A DNA stretch of 64,000 bases from Schizochytrium sp. TIO01 (GCA_004764695.1 SMSO01000032.1:8774483-8838482); one strand, 5' to 3'; counted from the first letter of the stretch, positions 34,080-48,221 are shown. Notes: generated by a model from the letters alone, not told the origin. Program-made: numbers and translations.

Positions 34080-37000
34080 CTGATAGATACATTCACTCAT
34101 ATATTCATTAACTGATCGTGGCCCACTCAATGAAGTACCTAAGGGATACAGAATCGAGGAATTGTCTTGCGTCGTCAGGTTTTCGTGGGTTTAATGAGGG
34201 ATTAGAGAGGAGAGCGATGCAGTTACGTTTCTTATTATGATGATACCACTGCTGCTTTTATACATATATATATATATATTTTTAAATAAATTATATACAC
34301 ATCTCTTTTTTAAAAAAAGGAAAAAAAGAGAAGGGCAATGGAGTTTGTTACTTCAAGAGAAGAAGAGTATCCATCATATCATGGCCACCACATCACACCA
34401 CATCGCATCGCACGTTCTTTCATCTGGCAAGGCTGGAAAACCAGTGAAAAGAGGCACATTTCCCCTGTCCAGCTTGGGCGTAGTGCACGTTGAAGAGTCT
34501 GCTGAAGGCCCCGATCGATGGCAATGTGGACTGACTGATTCATGCCAAACTTGGCGATCTCACCTTCGAAATTCCCATTTCGCCATTTATCTCATCACAA
34601 CATTTCCTTTTTTCTTTTTCTTTTCTCTTTTCCTGTCTGTTTTCTCTGCTAAACAGCACATTTAAGAAGTAAGTTCTATAGGTACGATGGTTATGCAGTG
34701 GTGCAATGATAGGCCCTGCAAACAACAAACCAACCGCCCGAGTCCCAATCCAGCCGGCCCAGGCCTGCGAAGGAGGTCGCGGGGAGGCGGCAGGCGGCTT
34801 GAATCGCAGTTTGCAGCAGCCTCCGGCCGGCCTCGGCGGCTTGAAGCGCGCGCCTCCAAGCTTTCCAGGGCGCGGGTTTCAAGGTTTCTCTTCTCTGCCT
34901 TCTTCAACGTACCAGCAACAACCGCCCTTCCAAGAAGACCGACCGTCCACCCACTTAAAAAAAACAAACAAAAAAAGTATTAAAAAAACTTTTATTCCTT
35001 TTCTCCCTCTTCTAAAGGTAAAGCAAAGCAGCGCAAATGCTGTTCGTTTCCTCCTACTCTGCTCTTGTTAACCTTTAAAAAATGAGTTAATTAAATTAAT
35101 TACAGAAAAAGAAAAGGAAAGGAAAGGAAAGGAAAGGAAAGAAAGCAGCCGGTAATATGCACTTATTTATACATACTTACTTACTTACTTACTTACTTGC
35201 TTACTTTGGGGATAGAGAGAGAAGAAGGAAGGAAGGAAGAACTTAAGACCCAAGTTTCCCTGTGAGATTTGCGCCATCGCCATTGCAGACTGTTTCGAAC
35301 TGCTCGAAACCAGCATTCTCGAGACCGGAGAAAAGGGCGGCCGCAGAAGCCGCGACTTTGAGCTCGAGCAAGCAGCAATCAATCCAGCAAGCAGGCCTCT
35401 ACCCGAGATGAACTGAGTGAGCTCGAGCTCGAGCTTGAGCTTGAGCTTGAGCTTTTCCGGTTGGCTTTGCTATCTATCTATGGAGGGAGGGCATTAGTTA
35501 GGAAGGTATGGAGGAGACGAGCAAATCTTTCATTCATTGCGCTGTTTATGCTGCATCAAATAGATGGACAAATGGATAAACAAAAGGGAAGTTGTAAACT
35601 GAAGGAATGAGAGAATTGAATTGGCTTCTGCAAGTTTATTTTTATTTGAAAATATTATTTATATGTGTGTATATAAATATACGTTTTTATTGATAAAGTA
35701 TATTAAATAAGGAATAAGAGATAAAAGGGTTTCACAGAAGCCGGAATTCTCTTTTGGGATGAAAATCGTATCTGACATGACGTCGCGATGACGTACCCGA
35801 ATTGAAGAATCGCTTTCTTCTTTCTTCTTCTTCTTCTAAAGCTCTGAGCGTCGCGTTGTAAAGATTCATCTGCAGCTCAGGGCTCTCTGCGCTTCGTCCG
35901 CGAGTCACCTTTCTTCTCTGGCCAAAGAGCTGTTCTCGCACTTGCTCCAGGCAGAAACGCCCATTAGGCACGTTAGTCTCTTGATCTCTTGATCTATTCA
36001 TTCATTCATTCATTCATTCATACGTTTATTTCTTTGCCATTGTCTCTTATTTCAAGCTACTATTTCTTGGCAGGCTGAGCTACTTGCGCCTAGGAGACTC
36101 CTACCACCAGCCAACTCGCGAATCAGCTGGCTACCCGGATCCGGTGCCTGCTAGAGTAATCGCTAGGCGGCGTGGGCACGAGTGACCACAAACGGATCGC
36201 GTTCTTCCTGTTCTTTTACCTGAGGACTATGGAACTAACCCCAGCAGTAGCAGAGACTCGAGTAAGTGAGGGACAGGGGGACAGAGGCCGAGAGTCGCGG
36301 TGGAGGACACCCTGGGCGATGGAGCGAAGAAAAGTGGTGAGAGAGCAAATCGATGCGGAGACGATCGATCATCTGCTCTGATGGATGGATGAGCTTTGGG
36401 CTCTTCTTTGTCTGCAGGGTTGGTCGGCAGCTCTGCAAAGTCTGTCGCTACCTGCAGCGGCGTGCGAGAGAGAGAGAGCGTTCCAGGGAGGGTCTTAGGG
36501 AGGAGCAGAGAAGATGAGATGAGATGAGCGTTTCCTGCAGGGTTCTTTGGGTTGTGGGGCGAACTGGACTAGAGCATCGCGCATGTTGGCTTTCGTGAGA
36601 TGCGCTTCAGGGCTAGGGAAAGCAAACATCACAGGAGTTCGAGGAGCGCAGTCCATTGCCGATTTCAACAACAACAACAACCGCCAACTCATCAATGAGG
36701 ACATCGTCCACAACGTCAACGAACATCGGCGATAACTGAGAGAGGTCACTCGAGGATGCTGTGGATCGTGCTTGCTTGCTTGCTTTTGGGTGTGTGCTCC
36801 GTGGATGATATCGATTGAATTGCGAATGCTGCGAAGCACGGAGTCCCACCCACAGAGTAGCCAATGCAGGTGGCTGTATCGATCGATCACTCGTCCACCT
36901 GCGAGTTTGCACCTGCCTGCAAGTTTGCTTGTTCAGAGGTGCATAGCCCTTGAGACGAACTGATGGATTGTCCAATGAGTTAGTTTAGTTTAGCTGACTT

Positions 37001-39400
37001 TGACTCCTTTGACCGCACGCACCCTTCAAATGGAGAGGTACGAGGCGATAGATACACACATGATATCACAGCGGACTGATCATGATGACGGATGGTCCTA
37101 CCAAGCGTGCAAATCTATGAAGCATCCCTCGACATTTCAGACTCCCGACTTGCGAGCACATTGAAAGAAGAATAAAGTCAAAGATGCAAAGGTACCGCCA
37201 CCAGGAGAGAACCTCGTTAAGACGAAGTCTGATGATACACGCCAGCACTGCGCAACTCGCAATTCAAGAAGTAGTCATAAAATTGACACCAGGACTCGTT
37301 GATCGATCTGTTATAATTAATTGTCAAGTCTTGTAGGTAGTACGTACCTTACCTACAAGTTTAGGTGTCATTCATTCAATTATATTCATTCATTCATTTA
37401 GTCATTGAATTGTATTTATCCATTGAATTGTATTCATTCATTCAAGTATATTCATTTATTCCAGTTGGATTCACTCATTCAACTATATTCATTCATTCAA
37501 TCGTGTAGTCTGAAAGAAAACCGAGTGAGCCAAGCTATAAATAAATTACATAGCAGGCCAGAGTAAGAAAAGTAAGTAAGCTAGTAAGTGAGTAAGTAAG
37601 TAAAGCAGAAATTCTCGGCTTGGGCGAGGGCGTCCACGGAGAGTAAGTACATATACATACATACAGTCATTCCTACGATGCAGCTAACGAAGCACCTAAA
37701 TGACTTTTAAAAGAAGTAGAAAAGTAAAAAAGTAAGTAAGTTTTATTTAAAATTGTAAACCACTAAGTAAAATAAAAGTGGGCACAAAGCTCATTCGTCC
37801 CATCAATCAAACCTCGAGACCAGCACCAAACCAGCAAGAACCGTGCGTGAAGTCGTCGCGCAGGCCGGCGCCAAGGAAGGCAGCGAGGCGGCAGGACAGC
37901 AGGCGGCAGGACAGCGCCCGAGCTCCCTGGACCGCCGCGGTGGTCTCTGCCGCACAGTGGTGGCGCAGAGATTGGCGGAATTCATAGATCTGATCACATG
38001 TGATTATTATTTAACCTTGGCTGTACAGCAAAAGCTCAAGAAAAGCAGAAGAAAAGAGAAGCGAAGCAAACTAAAGCAGAGCAAACGAAGCACAGTGAGG
38101 CAAACATACAAATAAACAAATGAATAAACAAACACAATCAAACACACAAACAAACAAATGAATGAATGCATAAACAAACAAATGAATGGATAAATAAATG
38201 AAGGAAGTAAAGCAGAAGTAAAGCAATAAGCAGAGCGATCACGGTCTGTTGTGAACAGTCGATGGACGGAGATTTAGGCAGGCCTTTAAAGTGACTTCGA
38301 AGCGACTTCTTCGCATCGAGTAACCCGCAAACGACAGCTGCATACACGCCCTTAATTTCACTGTCCCAGTGATATTTCCATGCAAACAAACGCAACTTAT
38401 CTTCTACAAATGATCGACGCAATGGAATGGAATGAAATGGAATTGTATGGAATTATCTTTTCAGTCGCAGCCAAGCATGAAGTGGGAGGTGGTGCTTCTA
38501 TTACCTGATACGCAGGAGGAGGCTTGCCATGATCAGAGGGCCTACGAGTAAACGCTAGCCACGTATTAGCATTGGTGCCACTTTATGGCGTAGCAGTCGG
38601 CTAGGCATGGCTAAGAGACCCCTTGAGGACGGCTGTAAGCCCAAGAGAGAGAACGGTGGCCAAGAAAGCAATCGACGGAGAGCGACGTACGAACGGGATA
38701 TCCAAAAGAGGCCGCAAGGACGCAAGGGGTGGAGAGGAAAGGCGCGAGGAGCACGGCTTAATTACAGGGCGTCCGTGAATATGGCGCAGCTTTCTGCAAG
38801 TATACAGCGGCAGAATGGAGATCGATAATCCCAAGAATTGCTCAAGTTTAGGGATTCTTTGGTTTTCTTTCATTCTGTAAAGAAAGCTTCTTCAGTGCTT
38901 TTTTACTTATTTACTTACTTACTTACTTACTTAGTTGCTTGCTTGCTTGCTTACTTACTTGCTTACCAAGAATAAATAAACAGCATTGTGCTACATAGTG
39001 TGGTAAGCACGGAAACTTAGGCTTTCGCTGGTTTATTGAAAAAGAATGGGACTGAAAGAAAGCGGAAACCAAGAATCTGAAAGATGGTCATAAAGGAAAA
39101 TAAAATAAAGAAGGCTGTACTTTAGAATAGTAGGAGGTGATTGTAGTTGGCAATGGGAAAGAGTGAAGATTATCTATTTGTTTATTTGTTTATTTGTTTA
39201 TTTGTTTGTTTGTTTGTTTATTTGTTTATTTATTTGTTTATTGGCTGCTGCAATTGTGATCCTTCCACAGGCAAATCAACAAGCACGCTCTGGCTGCAGG
39301 AATGCAATGAAAGTCATTGGTACCAGAAGGAAATCCAATCCCAACCATAGCTTGAAGCCCTGAAGTCCTGATTGATTGATTGATTGATTGATCGGTCGCT
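31260..39400. repeat. Microsatellite-dense non-coding tract: (TTTTC)n, (CATT)n, (GATT)n, (ATCG)n, (GTTT)n, (CTTT)n, (ACTT/TAAG)n, (GCCT)n
   Basis: Many short simple repeats visible; no credible ORF. Confidence 0.8.
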
Positions 39401-42400
39401 TGTGGCCATGAATACCATGAAAATACACGAAGTGGGCCTTCCATTGTTTCTTAACCTATAATTCAGCTTCGTCTTTATTTTTTAACAAAATCATTCTAAG
39501 TTTATTTATCAACTTAGAAAAAGCAATATTCATAAAATTAAATTATAAAATTAAAATTAAAATTGGAAGACAGCACTGAAGCAAACCCCCAAAAAGTGGG
39601 GACATAGGAAGCTTCTCTGCGAAAAGCTGCTATTACAAGACTGGTCTGATTGACTAGATGAAAAACTTAAATACACGGTGTCCGGTTCTACACAAGTTGC
39701 AGCTTTGATAGATCATCGAACCCGGTAGAACAGAACGAGGATGGAACCGGTGAAGAACCACATCTGTGCTGTCAAGACAACCCTAGTTGAAGACGATGAC
39801 TCAAATACTTTTGCTGCTGTTGCGGAGTTTGAAGCCCAAAATAATCGATCTCCGCGCTGAAGCCGACCGAGCAGGTCTTGAAGCAGACGTAAATCAGCTC
39901 ACGCTGATGGATTTGATTGCGGTGGTGCTGGAGTGTAGCATGAAATTGCACTAGTCGGAACTTCACCATGTATGTGCTGCGCTAGAAAGTATTAGGCGCG
40001 AGTAGTGGAACTGGTTCCTACACAGATTGTGGTGCAGTTGCAGAGCTCAAGGTCGCAGGATCTCCTTCAAGATCTCCTTCAAGATCTCCTTCAAGGTCGA
40101 GGCAAGCTTGAGGCAAGTTCGCAGGCAGCGAGGATAGACCATCGCGATTGGTTTGGTGGTGGTGGTGGTGGTGGCATACCTATGGACTGCCAGAGTGACG
40201 AGGTGTCCAAGGCAAACACGGACGCAATGAGTGGGTGGGCCTGCGCAGCAGTCAGTCAATCAGTCAGTCAGTCAGTCAGTCAGTCAGGTTGGTAGGTAGG
40301 TGCCTTGTACAGAATCTGCACTAGCTGCAGTTGCAAAGTGTTCACGAAATCACTCAACCCGCTGGAGCGTCTAGTTTAGTTTTACTGCTACGACGAAGTT
40401 GAAGGCGCCGCAGGAACTTTAAGTTGCACGAGGGCCGCCAACACCATCTTCACTGCAGGCTGTTTGGTTCTCTGAGGTCCCCACTGCAAGCGAGCGAGCA
40501 AGCAAGCAAGCAAGGAAGCTCGCGTTGTGGCCTTTGCGACCAGGTTCTTGGTCAGGTCTCGCTGCTCTACGCTTGCCGCTGCTCACAGAAACACGCCAGA
40601 GCCGTGCCTCAGGTCACACAAGCTCCGGCATCGCTGCTGACAGTGACTTGTGTCTCCACAGTTGCTTCGTCTCGTTTATCTCGAGCAGCAGCGATCTCTG
40701 GAAGGCACCAGGCAAGGTTGCAGCTCCTGCCTTAAGGCCTCGATTTCGCCAGCGCGCAGTACTAACCTGGGCACCACCACCATCACCATGAGACCTACGG
40801 ACTAGCCTGGGCCGTGGCATAGGTCTCGCTGTGCCGTTCTCGAGCCATTTGTGCGCACCGAATAACTTCTTGGTTGGCGCAACAAATGTAGCAGAAACTA
40901 AAGGAAGAGAACGTCGGTGCTGACAGGACAAGCTTTCGCAGCCGAGTCGGATCCTGGGCTCGGAGGTTACCACTCAGGCAGGATCAACGGTAGGATGACA
41001 GTTTCCCTCACCGGCGGCAAACTTCATGATTTCCTTCCTCCCGCATGCTGGGTTCCTACTAGCAGGTTCGAAGAATGCGCTCCCCGCTCGCTCAAGAAAC
41101 TAACACCCGTGAGGCTGCGGTGCCGTTCCTCATCGAGACTCGCAAGATGTTTGAGAGGAACAGGTAACCTAGCTAGACTTTCGAAGGCGGGCAAGAGCTG
41201 GCTGGGGTGCGCACCTCGATGAGTGAGTGGGTGGTTGGCGGGGCATGGCCTATGAATATGCTAGCTAGAGTGATGTGATAATCTTACCATTGCGCATACG
41301 CCGTGTATGCCACGAGTTGGGAGGAGAGGTGCAAATGTTGCTATGCAGTAGTAAATCAGCAGGAGGGCATAGATAAAGGGTACCTAGCGAGGCCTTTGGA
41401 TTTAATCGATCGTTGGGCAGCAGCTCGTGCTGCGTAGGGGTAGGTGTAATATTGCAGAGTAAAGATCATCAACTATCAGGTACTACCTATTCTGATCATG
41501 GCAAAAGAGCCTGTAGCATTCATCATCAGGTAGTCATCGAGCTAGCCGCGCGCCTCACAAGAGCCGCACGTTCCAGAGGTGGAGATAGGAAGAAGAGAGG
41601 GTAGAAAATAGGAGCTTGGTATTTGTACTTGAGAGGGTTGAAATTGTATGGTTGAAGGAAACATTATGATAGCCAGCTGTCCTCAACCTGGTTAGGAGTA
41701 AATCTCCAAAGTTTCTTGAGTTGAAACTAGTAGCACTTCCATTTCTTCATCGGATCCATAGATAACTAAGTACATACATATCTACCTAGTACCGAAAGAA
41801 AGGTATGCAGACATGAAAGGCAACCAAGTAAGAAGAAACATAAACAGTTGTGTTTTCATTGCCATGTTGATGTCACTAGGTAGGTAGGCAGGTACCTACC
41901 TAATATATATTTTGTTCAATCAATCAAGAGTCGTCTTTTTCTTTCTAGGAGATATTCGATGAGTAAGTCAATGATTGAACGAAGACTCCCATTTTGGTTC
42001 AATCGTCTCACTAAAACCGTATAAATTTGAACGTCGAAGTAAAGATTCTCCTTATTTATTCTAAATAAATAAATAAATATTATGATGTAAAATGCAGAGA
42101 CTATCACAGTACTTGTGGTTGTTTTTATTCTTCTCAATTTTATGAGAAGATTATGTGTTGAGGTGTTCCTGACGCCTGGAGATGAACTCTTCGAAGAAAA
42201 TATCTAGATAATTTTTAGCACCATTGGTAACCTTCGCTTTCTCATAAACTTCTTTGATCAAAGCGGTACTGATTCCCTTATCAGCAAAACACCACATTCT
42301 TAGGTTTTCTTTAATTCTTACGCTAGCAAAAGATTAGACAGTAATGACATCTCATAAGTAAAGGTCATATCAATGTTTGTTTCGAATGCCTACTTAAGTG

Positions 42401-43656
42401 GGTAAAAGTTCTTCCGTAGCGCTTTCCATAAATTGTTTGTACAAGTGTACAAGAAGGAAAGAAGATTCATCTACTACCTAAGAGACAATAAACAAAGATT
42501 GACTGATGTGGTCACTATGAGAGCTCCAGCTGCAATTTCCAACGAGGCAAAACGAAGCATTACGCACTGAATAATGCTTCTCTAGATGATGATGTTGACT
42601 GAAGCAAGCCTTTTGTTTGTTTCGATTGATAGCCCCAAAAGATTTATTTGATCTCGTAACGTACAGTAGATGCGTCAAGTCGCCAAAGTTTCGAAGTGAA
42701 GCAGCAAGAGAACATGCTGCGTCAGGCCCGATTGAGTTGTTCTGGAGACTGTGTTAATGTCAATACAAGTTAGTTCTCAATAATTTAAGAAGCGTGCGCT
42801 ATACGCCAACGTAGGATACATAAGTTGAGACAAGAACATGGCAGAGAGAACTGCTTGTGACCCTCCGGTCCTAATCAAATTGCAATTAAAGTCTATGCCA
42901 TATTTACTTTATCAAATCTCTGTATCTAGCAATGACTTACCTTCTCATCAGCAAGAAATTCGAAAAGAAACATATAAGCACAAGACAAACTGAGCAAACT
43001 CAATACAAAGGATGTGCCGTGTATTCATCTATATCTAGATTTTCCTGGCACAGGCTAGAGTGAAACATATATATTTTACGATGCACTTCTAAGTACTCTC
43101 ATGAAGCACCTGCTAAGGAGCTTGCACGCTTTACGTTGCGTTGAATCTAATAATGTAAAGCAGAAAATTTGTTGATGCTTTTCCTCTTTATTTCAAAAGT
43201 TATTTTGAAAGCAAACAAGTAAGAACAAGCAAAACATGTAGGTTTTCTCTCTTTTGCAAATGAGTAGTTTTATTTTGACAAGTAAGAATAGACAATTAGC
43301 TGGAGAAGTACGTGTTAAAAATAACAACGTCGATCGATTGACTATGATACGGACTGCTAACTACGAAACTCTTATTGATCCTGTAAATTCTTATATGATT
43401 CTTTTAGAAAGGACAAGCAAGCAGATGATCATACGACGTACGCTGATGCGCAATATTTTACACCAAACACCTACTGTCTTATTGCTTGTCTACTTGTACC
43501 TGAGCTCTAGCAACTTTCGTGCAAGGAGCAAATGCACAGAATGAGGAGGCAGCAACTGAACAAAATCGCTATTGAAAGAAATCGAAGTGATGTTCCCGAG
43601 AGAATGTGCAAAAAGATTCTCAAATCTACCAGTACTCCAATTTTATAGTGACATCA

Positions 43657-45006
43657 TTAACAATAGAAACTGTTCTTTCCTGCCGGGATCCATCGGTCCT
43701 TATTCTCACCTTTCGCTTCATCAATCTTAGAGTGATAATTATTCAAACCACGTTTGAAATTTTCAAGAAGACGAGCGAAACCAGGGCCCAGACGGCCCAA
43801 GTAAGCTTTGAACTTTGCCTCAAATGGGTTGTAAACAGCACTTTCGCGTGTGGTGATATTTTCGAGCTTAGCGTACATATCTGGGTATTTCTTTACATCA
43901 CGTAGACTAATGCCTGCTTTGCCTTGTTGCTTGCATTTCTCGTAGAGAATAGACTCGAGAGACCACCCAAAACGAAGAGCAAGGAGAAGAAGAAAGTCGT
44001 CAAGGTTGGATGTAATTCCAACCATAGAATACACTTGCTCGGCACGAGCCACTTCTTCAGCAGGGTTGCCTGGATGAGCAACCTCGTTACTAGGGTTGAG
44101 CCAGTTGCATGACTCGCAAGGACGAGATGCGGGGTTTGTTAGCTCTAGTTTCTTCAAATAACGCCTAAGTGTCATCTTCTTTCGCGCAGCATCATCGCGA
44201 CATTGGAAAGGCTTACGAAGTGGTGCTACGTCAGGATTCGCCCCTTCATAATTGCACTGGCGGGAAGGAAGATTGATGAAATAGTTCCGGTTCAAGCGCC
44301 ACGTGTTCCATGAAACATGCCGGCTCATCGGCTCACGAAGTACCGTGACATAGACAGGATTTTGAATGCATTGATTCATCCATTCTGAGCGCGGTGCATG
44401 CATAAAATACATTTCATAGTCCTTGCTGTCAGAGCATGAATGGGAAGTGAGTACTTTTTTTTTGTACTCGGTCGCAACGCGAAGGAGCGACGCTGCTACT
44501 GATGTACTACCAGTTTTGTGAAGTTTGATGAAGATCAAATTACGATTTCCCGTCGTCTTAAAAAGATCAAATTCTGCGTCTTCTGCAGCTAATGCGACGA
44601 GCTCCTGTTCAGCTAATGCTCTATTTCTTTTCACCTCATCCTCGTCAAAAAATGTGCCCAGCTCTGCGAGTCCAAACGAAGAAAGTTTGCTAGTCAGCAT
44701 TTCTGCCTCAGCTTTATCAGTAGTCGTGTCTTCAGGCTGCTCATTAGAATCTGAGCTCGTCCCATAGGAATTATCGTCACCTCTGTCGAGATCTGAAGTT
44801 TGACTGTTGTTAGTAAAGCCGGAGTCCCGGAGCAGCACGGGAAGACCGCCAACACCTTCGGTGATGCTGTCGGCATATGTACTTGTGTAAATAATAAGAA
44901 ACAAAATAAAAAACCCAAAGAATACCGTGCATTGGCGAAGACGTTGTCGTTGTTCAAGCGACTTGGCTTCCGCTTCATCACGAAGTCGCCGCTCGACGAC
45001 TGACAT
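43657..45006 (-). CDS. Golgi-type (type II membrane) sulfotransferase, galactose-3-O-sulfotransferase-like
   Basis: N-terminal TM anchor and acidic stem; 5'-PSB motif LIFIKLHKTGSTSV; 3'-PB motif YVTVLREPMSRHVS; MVGITSNLDDFLLLL. Confidence 0.85.
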   Translation of the reverse strand: MSVVERRLRDEAEAKSLEQRQRLRQCTVFFGFFILFLIIYTSTYADSITEGVGGLPVLLRDSGFTNNSQTSDLDRGDDNSYGTSSDSNEQPEDTTTDKAEAEMLTSKLSSFGLAELGTFFDEDEVKRNRALAEQELVALAAEDAEFDLFKTTGNRNLIFIKLHKTGSTSVAASLLRVATEYKKKVLTSHSCSDSKDYEMYFMHAPRSEWMNQCIQNPVYVTVLREPMSRHVSWNTWRLNRNYFINLPSRQCNYEGANPDVAPLRKPFQCRDDAARKKMTLRRYLKKLELTNPASRPCESCNWLNPSNEVAHPGNPAEEVARAEQVYSMVGITSNLDDFLLLLALRFGWSLESILYEKCKQQGKAGISLRDVKKYPDMYAKLENITTRESAVYNPFEAKFKAYLGRLGPGFARLLENFKRGLNNYHSKIDEAKGENKDRWIPAGKNSFYC

Positions 45007-47550
45007 CTCACCAGAGCGGTTCCCAGATTAAACTGCTCCTAGCTATTCCACAAGGACCTCTCACAAGTCCAGCGAAACGCACACAGTACACAGCACGCGC
45101 GCACTTCTGCGAGTGCCAGTGGCCCCTGAGTTGCGGTTTTGCCGGCTCCCGTTCTTCTCGTGCTGTTGTGCAAGTGGCTCCAAGAGAGCGTGGGGCGTGG
45201 CAGGCTAAAAAGAATCAAAATCAAAAATTAAAAAACAGGTGCAATGTCTTGCTAATACTAATCCGTAACAAGGTATAGTAACCTCTCTACTATCATCTTT
45301 TTGGCATAATTGATTCTTTTACCCAAAACCAAAGATGGATAAAAACAGCATAACAGAAGACTGTCTCAGCACTACTCGCATTGGTTTACGAAACAAGATC
45401 CCGACTGCAACAAACAACCTAACCTCTGTCCAGTGCAACGTATTGCAAACTGGCCCCTCAATCGTCAACTGCCGAGGAGCGGTCTGCGATCGAAGAGGCA
45501 CTAATGTCGTCGATGTAAAACATGTCATCATTTCTTTTAACCGAAAATGTCGATTGTTGATGTTGAAGACAAGTGCGACTGACGGGGATCATTTTCGGCA
45601 ATCGCGAAAGGGTGAAGTTTTTCGTCCAATTGGGTCTGATGGGTACACGAAACCCCTCCAGGCGTGACGAAATAAGAACATCTCGTGCTTAGGCAATACA
45701 TGTCTTCTTGACGGAGAGCAGCAGCGTACCCATTGGCAATTTGCATTTTATGGTTTGGCAAGCAGAGTCTTGAAGCGTCATCATCTTCAACGTCTCGGTT
45801 ATCAGAAGCTCCAATGACAAGTGGACTCCGATTGGAGAAAGAAAGAAATCGAGAGTTTACGGGCGCGATGCGATTCCTAGTGTGGCTCATCCTTTGCTAT
45901 ATTAGGTTCCCCAGAAGCAAAGTCGATCCGGCCCAAGTGGATAATCCATCACCTCAAGAATCCGTCGCAATGCCTCAAATCATGGGCTCAGATAGTCCAG
46001 TCGGTCAAACCTTGAGTTAAATTCAGCCAGTAAAAGGGCTATTTATTATGTTGTTGCGTTGGCAGCAGTTTAACTACATCCAGAAGAAGGCCGATGGAAC
46101 TACTGAGTAATTAATCTTTGCACGCTCGAGTACCCGAAACCAAAATGTCTCCTCGTTCCAGTGCCGGAAACCCGAGAATCCTTCGAAGTTTCCTTTCGCG
46201 CTAAAACTACCTTGCGATGTCCCTCTCTCAGTGTCTGGTGGAAATAAATTAAATTAACCTCGATATGCAAATGCCAATGGCAATTGCTAGATGCGTACCC
46301 ATACATCCCCTCAAGTCGAACAAGCTCTGAGTTCCAGCACGTACGACCTCCAGTTTGGGCAAGGAATTCATTCCGTTGAGCCCTAATTCGAGACAAGCGA
46401 ACAGAGAGAATAGATTTAATTCATCGTCGTGGTCGGAAATGGACCTAGGAATCGCTACCAGGTAGTTAGAGCTATCCTAAGTGTCAAAAAGGTGAATGGA
46501 TTCTGCAGAAAAGACGTTCGGTCTATAGCTGCTGAAGTGCAAGAAAAGATAGCCACGTCGGAACTGGCGGTGATAAGCCACGGTAGCGAATCAATTGATT
46601 GCATCATTTGTGGTGGCGGACAACTTCAAGGGTACAGGTGACAAGAGAGGTACTCGCGTACTCAACCCATTCTTACATGTATTTGTATATATCGTGACGA
46701 ATTAATTGGAACCCTTGCCGGATAGGGGTACTCGAGCCAAGATCGGTACTTGCAACTTGTATGTATGACGACATTATAGATGAATAATCAGAACGTCGAA
46801 GATCATTTCAGATGGAAGTATGCTAGCGAAGTCTATGAAGGTTTATCCTGCGATTGAGTATCTGGTTTCCCTTTGTATACTTACGAGGCAAAAAAGACGA
46901 CTAGCAATAGTTGTATTGGTGGGAAAGGCTGAAGTCATATCAAAACAACCATGATGACATCACCGTTGATCTAACGCAGGAAGATTCGACTCTCGAGAAT
47001 TTAGAAGAAAGCTTGATGGACGAATGATTCTATGTTCTTAACGAGTTGTGAATCCCAGAGGAAAATCATATCGAGACAACTATATAGGTACTAGATATAG
47101 TACATGTTGAGCAGGATGATTGGTGTATCAGCGGAATAGAAATATAAGAGTACATAGAAGGAAACTGCGACGAAATTGCAATGACGATAGATGAGAATTA
47201 TGAATTGCAATTCATAGCATGTTTCCTCGTTTTGTAGCAGAAATTCGGGATTCTTTGAAAGTACCAAGTTAAGTTGGACACCCCTTCAGATGACTCTGTT
47301 TCATTAATGTATTGCAACCGTATATTCATACATTTAAGAAATAGCACGTGTACAGAAAATTTCGCACTGTATCGTTATACCGTTACTGCATTGAAGTTTT
47401 GAAAAAAAAAAAAAAAAAAAGAAACGCAGCGCAGTTCTGCAGAAGAACGTATGAATACAAACAAACAAACAAACAAACAAACAAGTAGTCGCGCACAAAA
47501 ATATTTTAATAGATGCTTAAAATGCGGATGAACTTTAACGCAGCATATTT

Positions 47551-48221
47551 CTACAGAGAACTTGTGGCATGAAAGTCTTCAAGGGTGTCAGCCAAAAGAT
47601 CAAGGGCTGCTGCAGTAAATGAGGTCATATTTGCAACCCGATCGCTTGAGTTAGTTTCAATTAAACGAACTGCCATAACAGGCTTTCCGGTGCGGGGATG
47701 AGGCGGTCCCGCAACTCCCACCGCAGTAAACCCAGATTGAACTCCAGGGATGTAAAACTTGGGACCAGAAGTTCCGGACTCTACTACACACCAGTCAGTG
47801 CGGTAGTAGTCCCGCATAAGAGGAGCAACGGTCTCCGCAAATAACTTCTTGCTCTCAACGTAGTTCTCACGGTTCTTGTAGTTATTCTCACGATCGAACA
47901 CTGACGCTGCTTCAAGGACATTCTGTGGTAAGAACTTCTTATATCCTCGTCCAGAATAAACCACACACGAGGAAACAAAAAAGGCACTTGCACCGGCACA
48001 CCCAAGCAAACTCGCACTACAACACTCCAACATTGGATCAATCATCGCCCAGAATGCCATCATTTCCAGTTAGTCCTTACGTCAGTCCGTCTGAGACCCA
48101 AACCAAGCAATGAGCCCAATACTTACCCGATCAGGCCTCCCGAGGTGGCCTCCACCACCGAAACCCGCTGTTTATGCTTAGCCAGCAGCTTTGCGGCTCT
48201 CGTGGCGCGCTCCACGTCCAT
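47551..48221 (-). CDS. cinA: Two-exon CinA C-terminal/PncC (NMN deamidase-like) family protein, 186 aa; exon 1 48221-48127, intron 48126-48017, exon 2 48016-47551
   Basis: On the minus strand: GTAAGT donor at 48126, ACTAAC branch point, TAG acceptor at 48017 (110-nt intron). Splicing gives in-frame MDVERATRAAKLLAKHKQRVSVVEATSGGLIGASLLGCAGASAFFVSSCVVYS, which matches the CinA/PncC signature (AESCTGGLIA..L..PGAS..F....V.YS); later ESGTSGP corresponds to TG.AGP. Confidence 0.85.

Noticed and set aside
45319-46641. Short coding-like ORFs near 45.3-46.6 kb (also 49.2-50.1 kb and 59.9-60.6 kb)
   Set aside because: No recognisable domains and frequent stops; they could be decayed genes but cannot be supported without BLASTX.
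48017-48063. ORF-track start (MMAFW...) for the 47551 gene
   Set aside because: It lies inside the predicted intron; the spliced upstream exon restores the CinA signature.
48119-48128. ATACTTACC resembling the 5' end of U1 snRNA
   Set aside because: It is the reverse complement of the CinA intron donor, and no U1 body follows.
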